Of a stretch of DNA of 61,482 nucleotides, positions 9,570 through 17,221 are shown piece by piece (the stretch's first letter is position 1; each line of letters starts with the position of its first letter). This DNA is from a bacterium. GTDB taxonomy: Bacteria > UBP15 > UBA6099 > JAJRTR01. The position numbers and the translations under genes are program-made. The stretch is from assembly GCA_024278215.1 (NCBI GenBank), contig JAJRTR010000111.1, positions 62,001 to 123,482 of the forward strand, read 5' to 3'. The notes beneath the pieces were generated by a model that saw only the letters and a list, made by a program, of their open reading frames with translations, was not told where the DNA came from and did not search any database.

Positions 9570-10334
9570 ATGCTGCTCGTACTGGATGTAGGAAACACGA
9601 ATATCGTTTTCGGTGTGTTCGACGCCGACAACCTTAAAACGCACTTCCGCATTTCCACCTCGCGCGCACGCACAAGCGACGAGTACGGCAACCTTGTGAT
9701 CTCACTGCTCAAATATGCGAATATCAAGCAGGATGATATCACCAACGTTATCATTTCCACCGTCGTCCCGCCGCTCACAGACAACCTTGCGCATATGGCA
9801 TGGAAATATTTTAAATGCAAGGCCCTCTTCGTCGACCCCGGCGTAAAGACCGGGCTGAACATTAAGTATGAAAATCCCAAAGAAGTCGGCGCGGACCGGA
9901 TAGTAAACGCGGTTGCCGGCTACTCGATATACGGCGGTCCGCTGATTATCGTCGATTTCGGCACGGCGACCACTTTCTGCGCCGTCACTGAAAAAGGCGA
10001 ATATCTAGGCGGCGCCATCGCGCCCGGCATAAACATATCCGTGGAAGCGCTCTTCAGGATGGCGGCGAAACTTTCCCGCGTGCAATTGATAAAACCGGAG
10101 AAAGTTATCGGGCGCAACACCGTCGAAAGTATGCAATCCGGCATTTACTACGGATACGTGGGGCAGGTAGACGGCATAGTGCGGCGCATAAAAAAAGAAA
10201 TGGGCGGCAACCCGAAAGTCATCGCCACCGGCGGTCTCGCGCAACTCATCGCCATCGAATCGGAAACAATCGAAGAACTAACCCCTCTCCTGACCCTCGA
10301 AGGACTCAGGATTGTCTACAATAAAAACGTATAG
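9570..10334 (+). CDS. coaX: Type III pantothenate kinase
   Basis: [48 protein letters not shown]. Confidence 0.97.
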   Translation: MLLVLDVGNTNIVFGVFDADNLKTHFRISTSRARTSDEYGNLVISLLKYANIKQDDITNVIISTVVPPLTDNLAHMAWKYFKCKALFVDPGVKTGLNIKYENPKEVGADRIVNAVAGYSIYGGPLIIVDFGTATTFCAVTEKGEYLGGAIAPGINISVEALFRMAAKLSRVQLIKPEKVIGRNTVESMQSGIYYGYVGQVDGIVRRIKKEMGGNPKVIATGGLAQLIAIESETIEELTPLLTLEGLRIVYNKNV

Positions 10335-10560
10335 TTGCACACGGTAAACCCCCACCCATCAAAAAACAAAGGTTTAACAACAGCGTCATTTCAGCCGTTC
10401 AGGACAATCGTTACGAAGTTCCTGCTATGCTGATAGCATATAGCATTTATTATTTAAAATTGCATACGTATAGTTACGATTATTACGTCGATACAAAGTT
10501 GACATGACATCATGTTGTTTCACGTTTCACATACGCAATTCCTATTGATAACCGCTATAA

Positions 10561-10842
10561 TCATGCCGCGTGTTTTCCGGGAATCGGGCCTGCAGGCATG
10601 TGGCGTAGTATGTGTTCAAGCTCGCCCACTATTCCCCGGTTGTCGTTCAGGCCCGAATTGGACCACGCAGCTTCAGGAATCTTATATTCCAGAGCGTCAT
10701 ATTTGATGGTGATCATACTGTCCAGTTCGGTGAGGAGATCGTCAATTTTTTTCAGTTGTTTTTCGCAATTATCATAATCAAAAACTATTTTCGTATCCGG
10801 CGCATCGCTTCTGTCAAGTATGTGTTTTTTATTGTTTATCAT
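10561..10842 (-). CDS. Small orphan hypothetical protein (93 aa)
   Basis: ATG at 10842 preceded by purine-rich GAGGAGAGAGAAACC; fills an otherwise empty AT-rich gap; no recognisable family. Confidence 0.55.
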   Translation of the reverse strand: MINNKKHILDRSDAPDTKIVFDYDNCEKQLKKIDDLLTELDSMITIKYDALEYKIPEAAWSNSGLNDNRGIVGELEHILRHMPAGPIPGKHAA

Positions 10843-10903
10843 GGTTTCTCTCTCCTCTCGTTCCGTTGTACCCGGTATCAGCAAGATTTTCTTCTTTTCT
10901 TAT

Positions 10904-10919
10904 ATCAAATTCAGTGCCA
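10904..10919 (-). promoter_or_regulatory. Putative sigma-54 (-24/-12) promoter
   Basis: Minus strand TGGCAC-TGAAT-TTGAT versus consensus TGGCAC-N5-TTGCW (C>A at -12). Confidence 0.45.
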
Positions 10920-11125
10920 TGCCATATATATCAAATAAAAACGCAAATGCGGTATTTAATGAAACATGAAATGTAATGATGAAAAGACGTTGTTGATAAA
11001 GTCCGGTCTTATCAGATAATAACGTGTTTGTAACGGGTGAGAATGTCAGGAAACAGGATACGGTCAACAGCTTTGAATAGAGGGATTTTTTATGCCGATA
11101 AGTTTTTTAGCCAGGATCGCCTCAG

Positions 11126-11175
11126 TGTCTCGTTTATACACAAGTTGTCTCATTTTTGTACAAGTTGTCTCATTT
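11126..11175. repeat. Three 20-bp-phased TGTCTC(A/G)TTT repeats, candidate regulator binding sites
   Basis: tgtctc at 11126, 11146 and 11166; acaagttgtctcattt identical at 11140 and 11160. Confidence 0.7.
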
Positions 11176-11368
11176 CTGTGTCATTGTTTACAGGAATATA
11201 CAGTTTACGGCCACCGGTCGCTGGATTGAGAGAATATTGTTTCGCGACATTTTATGTATGAATCACTCGTGAGGCATCCATCAATGTCGATTTCGCTCGT
11301 TTGCATCGTTGCCATAGTTCGGTGTATATTATTTCAGGCCCGTTGTTTACCTTAAGGGAACCAAAGAC

Positions 11369-12217
11369 ATGGAAAATGAATACCAGCGAACCATCGCCGG
11401 TCCGATCGAATGCGCGGGGGTCGGCCTCCACAAGGGCGGCGAATGCAGGCTCAGGATAGAACCCGCTCCGGCGGACACCGGTTTTGTGTTCCGCTATAAG
11501 AATAAAAAGATTCGAGCTGTGACCGCCAGTGTCAAAAGCACAACAAGAAACACCGAACTCGCTTCCGGCAAAGTCAGTATATACACAGTCGAGCACACAC
11601 TCTCGGCCCTCTACGGCATGGGAATCGACAACGCGACCATCGTCATGGATTCGCAGGAACCGCCCTCGCTCGACGGAAGCGGCGCGCAGATCGCGCGCTC
11701 GGTGCTGGCTCTCGGACATGAAATACTGGACAAACCGCGCAGATTCATCGAGCCGACCTCGGAGATACTGGTGGGCATCAACGGCGTATACGTAACGTGT
11801 CTCCCCGCCGACAGTTTTAAAGCGACGTATATCCTCGACTACGACCACCCGATGGTTGGCAGACAGATATTTCACTTCGACGGCACGCCTGAAGCGTACC
11901 TTTCGCAGGTTGCCCCCGCGCGCACATTCGGGTTTATAGAAGAAGTGGAAGCGCTCCGCAAGGCGGGCCTCGCGGCAGGTGGCAGCATCGAGAACGCGGT
12001 TGTCATATATGAGGATAAATTGTCGTCACAACTGCGTTTTCCCGACGAATTCGCGCGTCATAAGATGCTTGATCTGATCGGCGACATGAGTCTCATCGGC
12101 TGTGCCCGTATCAGGGGCCATATCGTCGCCGTCCGCAGCGGCCACAGTTTAAATGTCGAACTCGCCGGGAAAATCGCCGACGCCGCTGTCCGGGACAGTC
12201 GCGGTCGGACGCGGTAA
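11369..12217 (+). CDS. lpxC: UDP-3-O-acyl-N-acetylglucosamine deacetylase
   Basis: QRTI, GVGLHKG, TVEHTLSAL, EPPSLDGS, APARTFGF, GGSIENA, RHKMLDLIGD, SGH. Confidence 0.96.
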   Translation: MENEYQRTIAGPIECAGVGLHKGGECRLRIEPAPADTGFVFRYKNKKIRAVTASVKSTTRNTELASGKVSIYTVEHTLSALYGMGIDNATIVMDSQEPPSLDGSGAQIARSVLALGHEILDKPRRFIEPTSEILVGINGVYVTCLPADSFKATYILDYDHPMVGRQIFHFDGTPEAYLSQVAPARTFGFIEEVEALRKAGLAAGGSIENAVVIYEDKLSSQLRFPDEFARHKMLDLIGDMSLIGCARIRGHIVAVRSGHSLNVELAGKIADAAVRDSRGRTR

Positions 12218-12257
12218 AATATAACTTCGCCCAAAACAGTGTTTCTTTAATAAAACT

Positions 12258-12842
12258 TCAGTTTATATATTTTTTCCTGTGAAGGATGTCGCCGAGTTTG
12301 CGTTTCGGGACATGCAGCAGACCGCGCTCGTCGCGCCAGTATTCCATCTTATGTTTTTTCGCCGGTTCGGTTACAGGCGATTCCGCGGGCACCCCCAGCG
12401 CTATCACGCTGTCCGGTTTGCAGTATTCCGGGATATTAAGTTTTTCTGAGAGTTTTGACGCATTAAACGATCTGACCCAGCATGAGCCGATGCCGTCTTC
12501 GAGTGCGGCGAGAAGTATATTCTGCACGGCAGCGCCGACCTCGTGGCGTCCCCCCTTTGCAAGAAAGTTCCTGTTTATGACAACCACGATATATGCTGCC
12601 GGTCGCTTATCTTCTTCGGGTGTGTCGCCGCCCTCTATAAGACGCGCCCACTTTAACAATGGAAATACCTCTGCGCAGGTTTTTTTATCATTTACAGCAA
12701 TATATTCCAGCGGCTGTATATTAGACGCGGAGGGTGCCAGTCTTGCTGCATCTATCATTTTCACAAGCGACGAATCACTGATTTTCTGTTGTTTAAAACG
12801 TCGAATCGAGCGCCGCCTCTGTATTGCGGAATATACGTTCAA
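12258..12842 (-). CDS. Nitroreductase family protein
   Basis: RRSIRRF, ARLAPSASNIQP, QNILLAA..GIGSCW, KRKL at the C-terminus; TTG start. Confidence 0.92.
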   Translation of the reverse strand: MNVYSAIQRRRSIRRFKQQKISDSSLVKMIDAARLAPSASNIQPLEYIAVNDKKTCAEVFPLLKWARLIEGGDTPEEDKRPAAYIVVVINRNFLAKGGRHEVGAAVQNILLAALEDGIGSCWVRSFNASKLSEKLNIPEYCKPDSVIALGVPAESPVTEPAKKHKMEYWRDERGLLHVPKRKLGDILHRKKYIN

Positions 12843-12920
12843 TTTTCAGTCCTCTCTTCCGGGTTATTCAAAATCCGGTTACCACTATGATATAATGGAA
12901 CACCTTAATAATCAACAATG

Positions 12921-12973
12921 GAGCCAATTGCAGAGAGCCGATTCGGTTGTGGTCGGCTGCAATTGTCCATAGC
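12921..12973 (-). repeat. Partial copy (right arm) of the MITE-like element, reverse orientation
   Basis: Reverse complement reads gctatggacaattgcagccgaccacaaccgaatc..tgcaattggctc, matching 3999-4051. Confidence 0.8.
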
Positions 12974-13221
12974 CCGCATATTTCACCAATCCGGGCTAAG
13001 GTAAAATGTATTGTTTCGCGCTTGTCGAAAACGAATTCCTAGTGCCGGATAAAACGGAAAAGCAGTGGTCGAGTAATAATAATATTATCTACTTTCAGTA
13101 AATACCGGCTAAAATAATCGGAATCTTTGCGAATAATATATTACAACGAAAACGCCTGTTTACCGGTGCTTTTTTTCCGCAATAATTATGAGTAATCTTC
13201 AGTATCCGTACGGCAGTTTCA

Positions 13222-13250
13222 TTGACAAGCGGCCTAATTCATTTTAAACT
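13222..13250 (+). promoter_or_regulatory. Sigma-70-type promoter for the thrC-like operon
   Basis: TTGACA-N17-TAAACT. Confidence 0.6.
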
Positions 13251-13317
13251 CATTCTGTTGAATCATTTTATTGAAAAGAAGTGAACAACCGGCGCGATGC
13301 CGGTCAGGTGGAGGTGT

Positions 13318-14586
13318 ATGTTGTCGAATGTAACAGGTTTGATATGCCGGGAATGCGGGAACACGGTTGATATGATCGCGCAGAATCAGTGTGATGTCTG
13401 TTTCGGCCCGATGGATGTAAATTATAATTATGCCAGGATAAAGAAACTTGTAACAAAAAAACGGATACGCAAGGGACCCGCGAATATCTGGCGCTATAAA
13501 GAGTTTCTGCCTGCGCAGACCGAGAAATACGTCGATCTTGCACCAGGTTTCACCCCGCTCCAGCGAGCCGAAAGACTCGGTGAAGAACTCGGCATAAAGA
13601 ATCTGCTGATAAAAAATGATACTATAAACCCGACTTTTTCATGTAAGGACAGGATGGTCTGCGTGGCCATGACGTGCGCGATCGAGCAGAATTTCGAAAT
13701 TGTCGCGTGCGCCTCGACAGGCAACCTCGCGCAGTCGCTTGCTGCTTACGCGGCGAAATCCGGACTGAAAAGCTACATCTTCGTACCTGCCGGCTCAAAT
13801 GAAATACGCCTCTCTTCGACCAATATTTACGACCCGATTCTGCTGGGCGTAAAAGGTGATCCGTCGCAGCTTAATAAGCTTTGCTCCGAGATCATGCTCA
13901 ACTCGAACTGGGGTTTCATCAATGTCAACCTGAGGCCATATTATGCGGAGGGTGCCAAGACACTCGCTTATGAGGTTGCCGAGCAACTCGACTGGAAAAC
14001 GCCCGATCACCTTGTGATCCCCATGGGGTCGGGAACTACCATGACAAAGATTCATAAAGGATTCCAGGAAATGGTGGATGCTGAACTGCTGCGTCACGCA
14101 CGAGTCACTTTCAACGGCGTGCAGTCCACAGGCTGCTCCCCGATCGTGAAGGCTTTCAATGCGAAATCGGAACTCATCCAGCCCGAAGCGCCCAGTACAA
14201 TAGCAAAATCTCTCGCTGTCGGCAACCCGGCGGACGGCTACTATGCGCTCAAGATTATTCGCGGCTCCGACGGGCTTGCTGTTTCGGTCACCGACAAAGA
14301 CATACGCGCAGGGATAAAACTGCTGGCGCGGCTCGAGGGCATCTTCGCCGAACCGGCCGGCGGCGCTGTTGTCGCCGCGCTCGGGAAAATGGCGGCACTC
14401 AGGCATTTCAAAGCTACCGACACTGTCGTAGCCTACATAACAGGTGCAGGCCTCAAGACTCCGGACATCATCAAAGATATTGTGCCCAAACCCCGCATTA
14501 TCGAACCGACAGTAGATTCACTGGACGCCGCCGTCGCCGCCATCAACAGGGCGAAACATGTGCCGGGCGCTCCGGATAAAGAGTAG
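13318..14586 (+). CDS. thrC: Threonine synthase-like fold-type II PLP enzyme with N-terminal zinc ribbon
   Basis: CRECG..CDVCFGP, IWRYKEFLP, GFTPL, NPTFSCKDR (PLP lysine), CASTGN, RPYYAEGAKT, EGIFAEPAGG, ITGAGLK; GGAGG RBS before ATG 13318. Confidence 0.85.
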   Translation: MLSNVTGLICRECGNTVDMIAQNQCDVCFGPMDVNYNYARIKKLVTKKRIRKGPANIWRYKEFLPAQTEKYVDLAPGFTPLQRAERLGEELGIKNLLIKNDTINPTFSCKDRMVCVAMTCAIEQNFEIVACASTGNLAQSLAAYAAKSGLKSYIFVPAGSNEIRLSSTNIYDPILLGVKGDPSQLNKLCSEIMLNSNWGFINVNLRPYYAEGAKTLAYEVAEQLDWKTPDHLVIPMGSGTTMTKIHKGFQEMVDAELLRHARVTFNGVQSTGCSPIVKAFNAKSELIQPEAPSTIAKSLAVGNPADGYYALKIIRGSDGLAVSVTDKDIRAGIKLLARLEGIFAEPAGGAVVAALGKMAALRHFKATDTVVAYITGAGLKTPDIIKDIVPKPRIIEPTVDSLDAAVAAINRAKHVPGAPDKE

Positions 14587-14638
14587 GCGAAAGTTCAATA
14601 GAAATCAGTCAGGCGACCCGGCGCGGGAGATTATTTGG

Positions 14639-14911
14639 ATGATAAAAGTTCAAATCCCCTTGATATTCAGGAGATTCGTCGGCGAACAATCCGAAATCGA
14701 GATGGACGCCGGCAGTGTGCGGGATGTCATGCTCGAACTCGAAGCCGCCGTACCTGCTTTCAAAAATAAACTGCTCGACGAAAATGGAGAAATACGACGG
14801 TTCCTTGCTGTTTTCGTGAACGGAGACAATATTATAAATAAACAGGGAGCCGAAACTAAACTGGAAGCAGGCTACGAGGTTGCGCTGGTGCCCGCCGCGG
14901 GAGGAGGGTGA
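14639..14911 (+). CDS. MoaD/ThiS/CysO-family ubiquitin-like sulfur carrier
   Basis: 90 aa, VQIP..FRRF, IRRFLAVFVNG, C-terminal VPAAGGG. Confidence 0.9.
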   Translation: MIKVQIPLIFRRFVGEQSEIEMDAGSVRDVMLELEAAVPAFKNKLLDENGEIRRFLAVFVNGDNIINKQGAETKLEAGYEVALVPAAGGG

Positions 14912-14915
14912 GAAA

Positions 14916-15161
14916 ATGATAAAACGAAGAGTGATGATTTCAATGCTGGCCGATGTGATGAAAGAACCGATCCTGTACCGGCTAGTGCGTGATTTCGACA
15001 TAGTTCCCAATGTGCGCAAGGCGGACGTCACGCTGAATGAAGCCTGGATGAAGATGGAACTCCAGGCGGGTTCCGAAGATCAGATAAATGAAGCTGTTGA
15101 ATATCTCAAGTCTGTCGGCGCGACAGTGAAACCGCTGGGCGGTGATGTTGTAGAAGGCTGA
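14916..15161 (+). CDS. Stand-alone NIL domain protein
   Basis: KEPILYRLVRDFDIVPNVRKADV, AVEYLKSVGATV, GDVVEG C-terminus. Confidence 0.85.
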   Translation: MIKRRVMISMLADVMKEPILYRLVRDFDIVPNVRKADVTLNEAWMKMELQAGSEDQINEAVEYLKSVGATVKPLGGDVVEG

Positions 15162-15559
15162 TTGCCCTTTTTTCGTAGGATTACAGTAGTAAGATATTAT
15201 ATGGAAACGCGGGAGACTTGATTTTCACAACACGCCCCTGATGTCGTGTCAACAAAGAAAAGACGTAAGAAAGGTCATCGCAAAAACGATAAAAGTGCAG
15301 GGCAGGTGCACCGCAGCCCGCCTCAACTTGTGCATGTACAAACCGTTTTCGCGAGAAATAAGTGATTAGGCGTGGGACGGTGACCGCGCCCCGCACATCT
15401 TGCGCATTTAAAGATGTGACACGTCCCCAAGTGACCGGGATTGATTTATCTGTGCCGTACAATAGCCTGATTTGTATTATGCTTGATAAGGCTTATGATT
15501 GATAACAGAAAAGTAAGATAGACCAACACTACTCTGGATACAGGGGTTAGGAGCCGGTT

Positions 15560-16585
15560 ATGAGCGAAACAATGAAAGCGGCGATTTTCGATGGCGAGGG
15601 CATACTTTCTGTTAAAGAAGTGCCGATGCCGAGAATGAAATTGTTCGAAGATGTCCTCATAAAAGTGGAAATGGCAAGTGTGTGCGGCACAGACTGTCAC
15701 ATACTTTCCGTGCCGCCGGGCCACCCTGCCACCGCTGGTGTCGTGCTGGGCCACGAGTATATGGGCGAAGTCGTGGAAACAGGCAAGTGGGTAAGCCATC
15801 TCAAGCCCGGCGATCGCGTGATAATCGATCCGAACATAACATGTGGGCTATGCCGTTACTGCCGCATGGGACTACCCAATATGTGCGAAAATATGACCAC
15901 GCTGGGCATCTTCATCGACGGTGGTTTTGCTCCCTACAATATCGCGCCCGCGAAGGCCTGCCATCCCATAAGTGAAGAATTGCCCGCCGAAAAAGCTATT
16001 TTTGCAGAACCCCTCTCCTGCGTTATCAACGGAACAAATAAGCTGGCGCTTCGACCCGGTGAGACAGTTGTTATTCTCGGCGCGGGCCCCATCGGTCTGC
16101 TCTATACAGCGATGATGAAACTCAGCGGCGCGGGCAGAATAATAGTCGCGGAAGTAAGCTCGTTCAGAGCTGAAAAAGCGCGGGAAATGGGCGCGGATAT
16201 CGTGGTGAACCCGAAAGAACAGGACCTTGCCGAAGAAGTGCGCAAAGTCACCGGCATCGGCGCAGATGCTGTGGTCGACGCTGTCGGCTCACTCATAAAA
16301 GATGCTGTCGCCGTTTGCCGTCGCGGCGGCAGAGTACTTCTCTTCGGAATGAACAGCAACGCCCGCTGCGATTTTACACAGTTCGATATAACTCGTCACG
16401 AGATCAGCGTACTGGGCACTTACATCGCGAAGAACACTTTCCCGCCGACGATACAACTTATCGAAAATACCGACATTCCGCTGGAAAAACTCGTCACACA
16501 TCGCATAACTCTCGACGAGCTGCCCCAGGGAATCGAGACAATGAGAAGCGGCGAAGCTATCGAGATGATAGTAATACCAAAGTGA
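15560..16585 (+). CDS. Zn-dependent medium-chain dehydrogenase (threonine/sorbitol dehydrogenase-like)
   Basis: VCGTD, LGHEYMG, CGLCRYC..MC structural Zn site, GAGPIG. Confidence 0.92.
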   Translation: MSETMKAAIFDGEGILSVKEVPMPRMKLFEDVLIKVEMASVCGTDCHILSVPPGHPATAGVVLGHEYMGEVVETGKWVSHLKPGDRVIIDPNITCGLCRYCRMGLPNMCENMTTLGIFIDGGFAPYNIAPAKACHPISEELPAEKAIFAEPLSCVINGTNKLALRPGETVVILGAGPIGLLYTAMMKLSGAGRIIVAEVSSFRAEKAREMGADIVVNPKEQDLAEEVRKVTGIGADAVVDAVGSLIKDAVAVCRRGGRVLLFGMNSNARCDFTQFDITRHEISVLGTYIAKNTFPPTIQLIENTDIPLEKLVTHRITLDELPQGIETMRSGEAIEMIVIPK

Positions 16586-16634
16586 AAGTTTGTACAACTA
16601 AACACATATACAATTACACAATATTGCATACACG

Positions 16635-16670
16635 CTCCCGGCTGGACATGTTGGACAACCGGGAGTTTTT
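16635..16670 (+). terminator. Probable intrinsic terminator after the dehydrogenase
   Basis: ctcccgg..ccgggag followed by T5. Confidence 0.5.
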
Positions 16671-16884
16671 ACGTTGTTATGTACAGAATTACCCAGTTAG
16701 AGAACTCTATCACATATTTTATTGTTCCTGTAATTGCCGCACATGGACATTTCCCCGGAGTTCCTCCACAATAACCTGCCCACTGCCACAAAAATTGTTC
16801 ATACGACGAAATCAGGGGAATCACGGTATCAGTATTAATTCATTGTGTAGTTTTTGCAATAAAAAAAGACAACAACGCAGCTTT

Positions 16885-16900
16885 TGTGATCAATGTCACA
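16885..16900. promoter_or_regulatory. CRP/FNR-family binding site
   Basis: Perfect TGTGA-tcaatg-TCACA; extended -10 TGaTATAAT at 16946-16954. Confidence 0.7.
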
Positions 16901-17221
16901 TCCCGAATAAATATACTTTAGAATGCTGAATTTTCACAAAAATTGTGATATAATAAACGTAGAATATTTTGCGGAAATACCCCTTGTGGCAACAAGGAGA
17001 TTTGCAGAATATCCCGAATAAAATACGTGATCCTGATTAGAGTATGCAACTTATTGTGCAAACCGAGAAGATTTTCAAGTACATTATCGCGGTCATGCAT
17101 ACAGGTTCCAGGTTCTCAAATTTCAGGAGTCGCGGATGAACATCGTTCTGCGATGATATAACTTCGCCATTATGATTATGAACAGCATTATTTTATGATT
17201 GCTTTAATGAAAGAGAACTCA

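Noticed and set aside
11134-11142. DnaA box TTATACACA suggesting oriC
   Set aside because: Single box with no cluster and no dnaA/dnaN nearby; better explained as part of the 20-bp repeats.
11126-11175. Possible mini CRISPR array
   Set aside because: The period is only 20 bp, with no spacers and no cas genes.
15230-15330. 6S RNA or riboswitch upstream of the dehydrogenase
   Set aside because: Only short motif resemblances; no long 6S-like hairpin or complete aptamer could be built.
16872-16882. acaacgcagct matching the MITE internal motif
   Set aside because: Only 11 bp with no flanking similarity.
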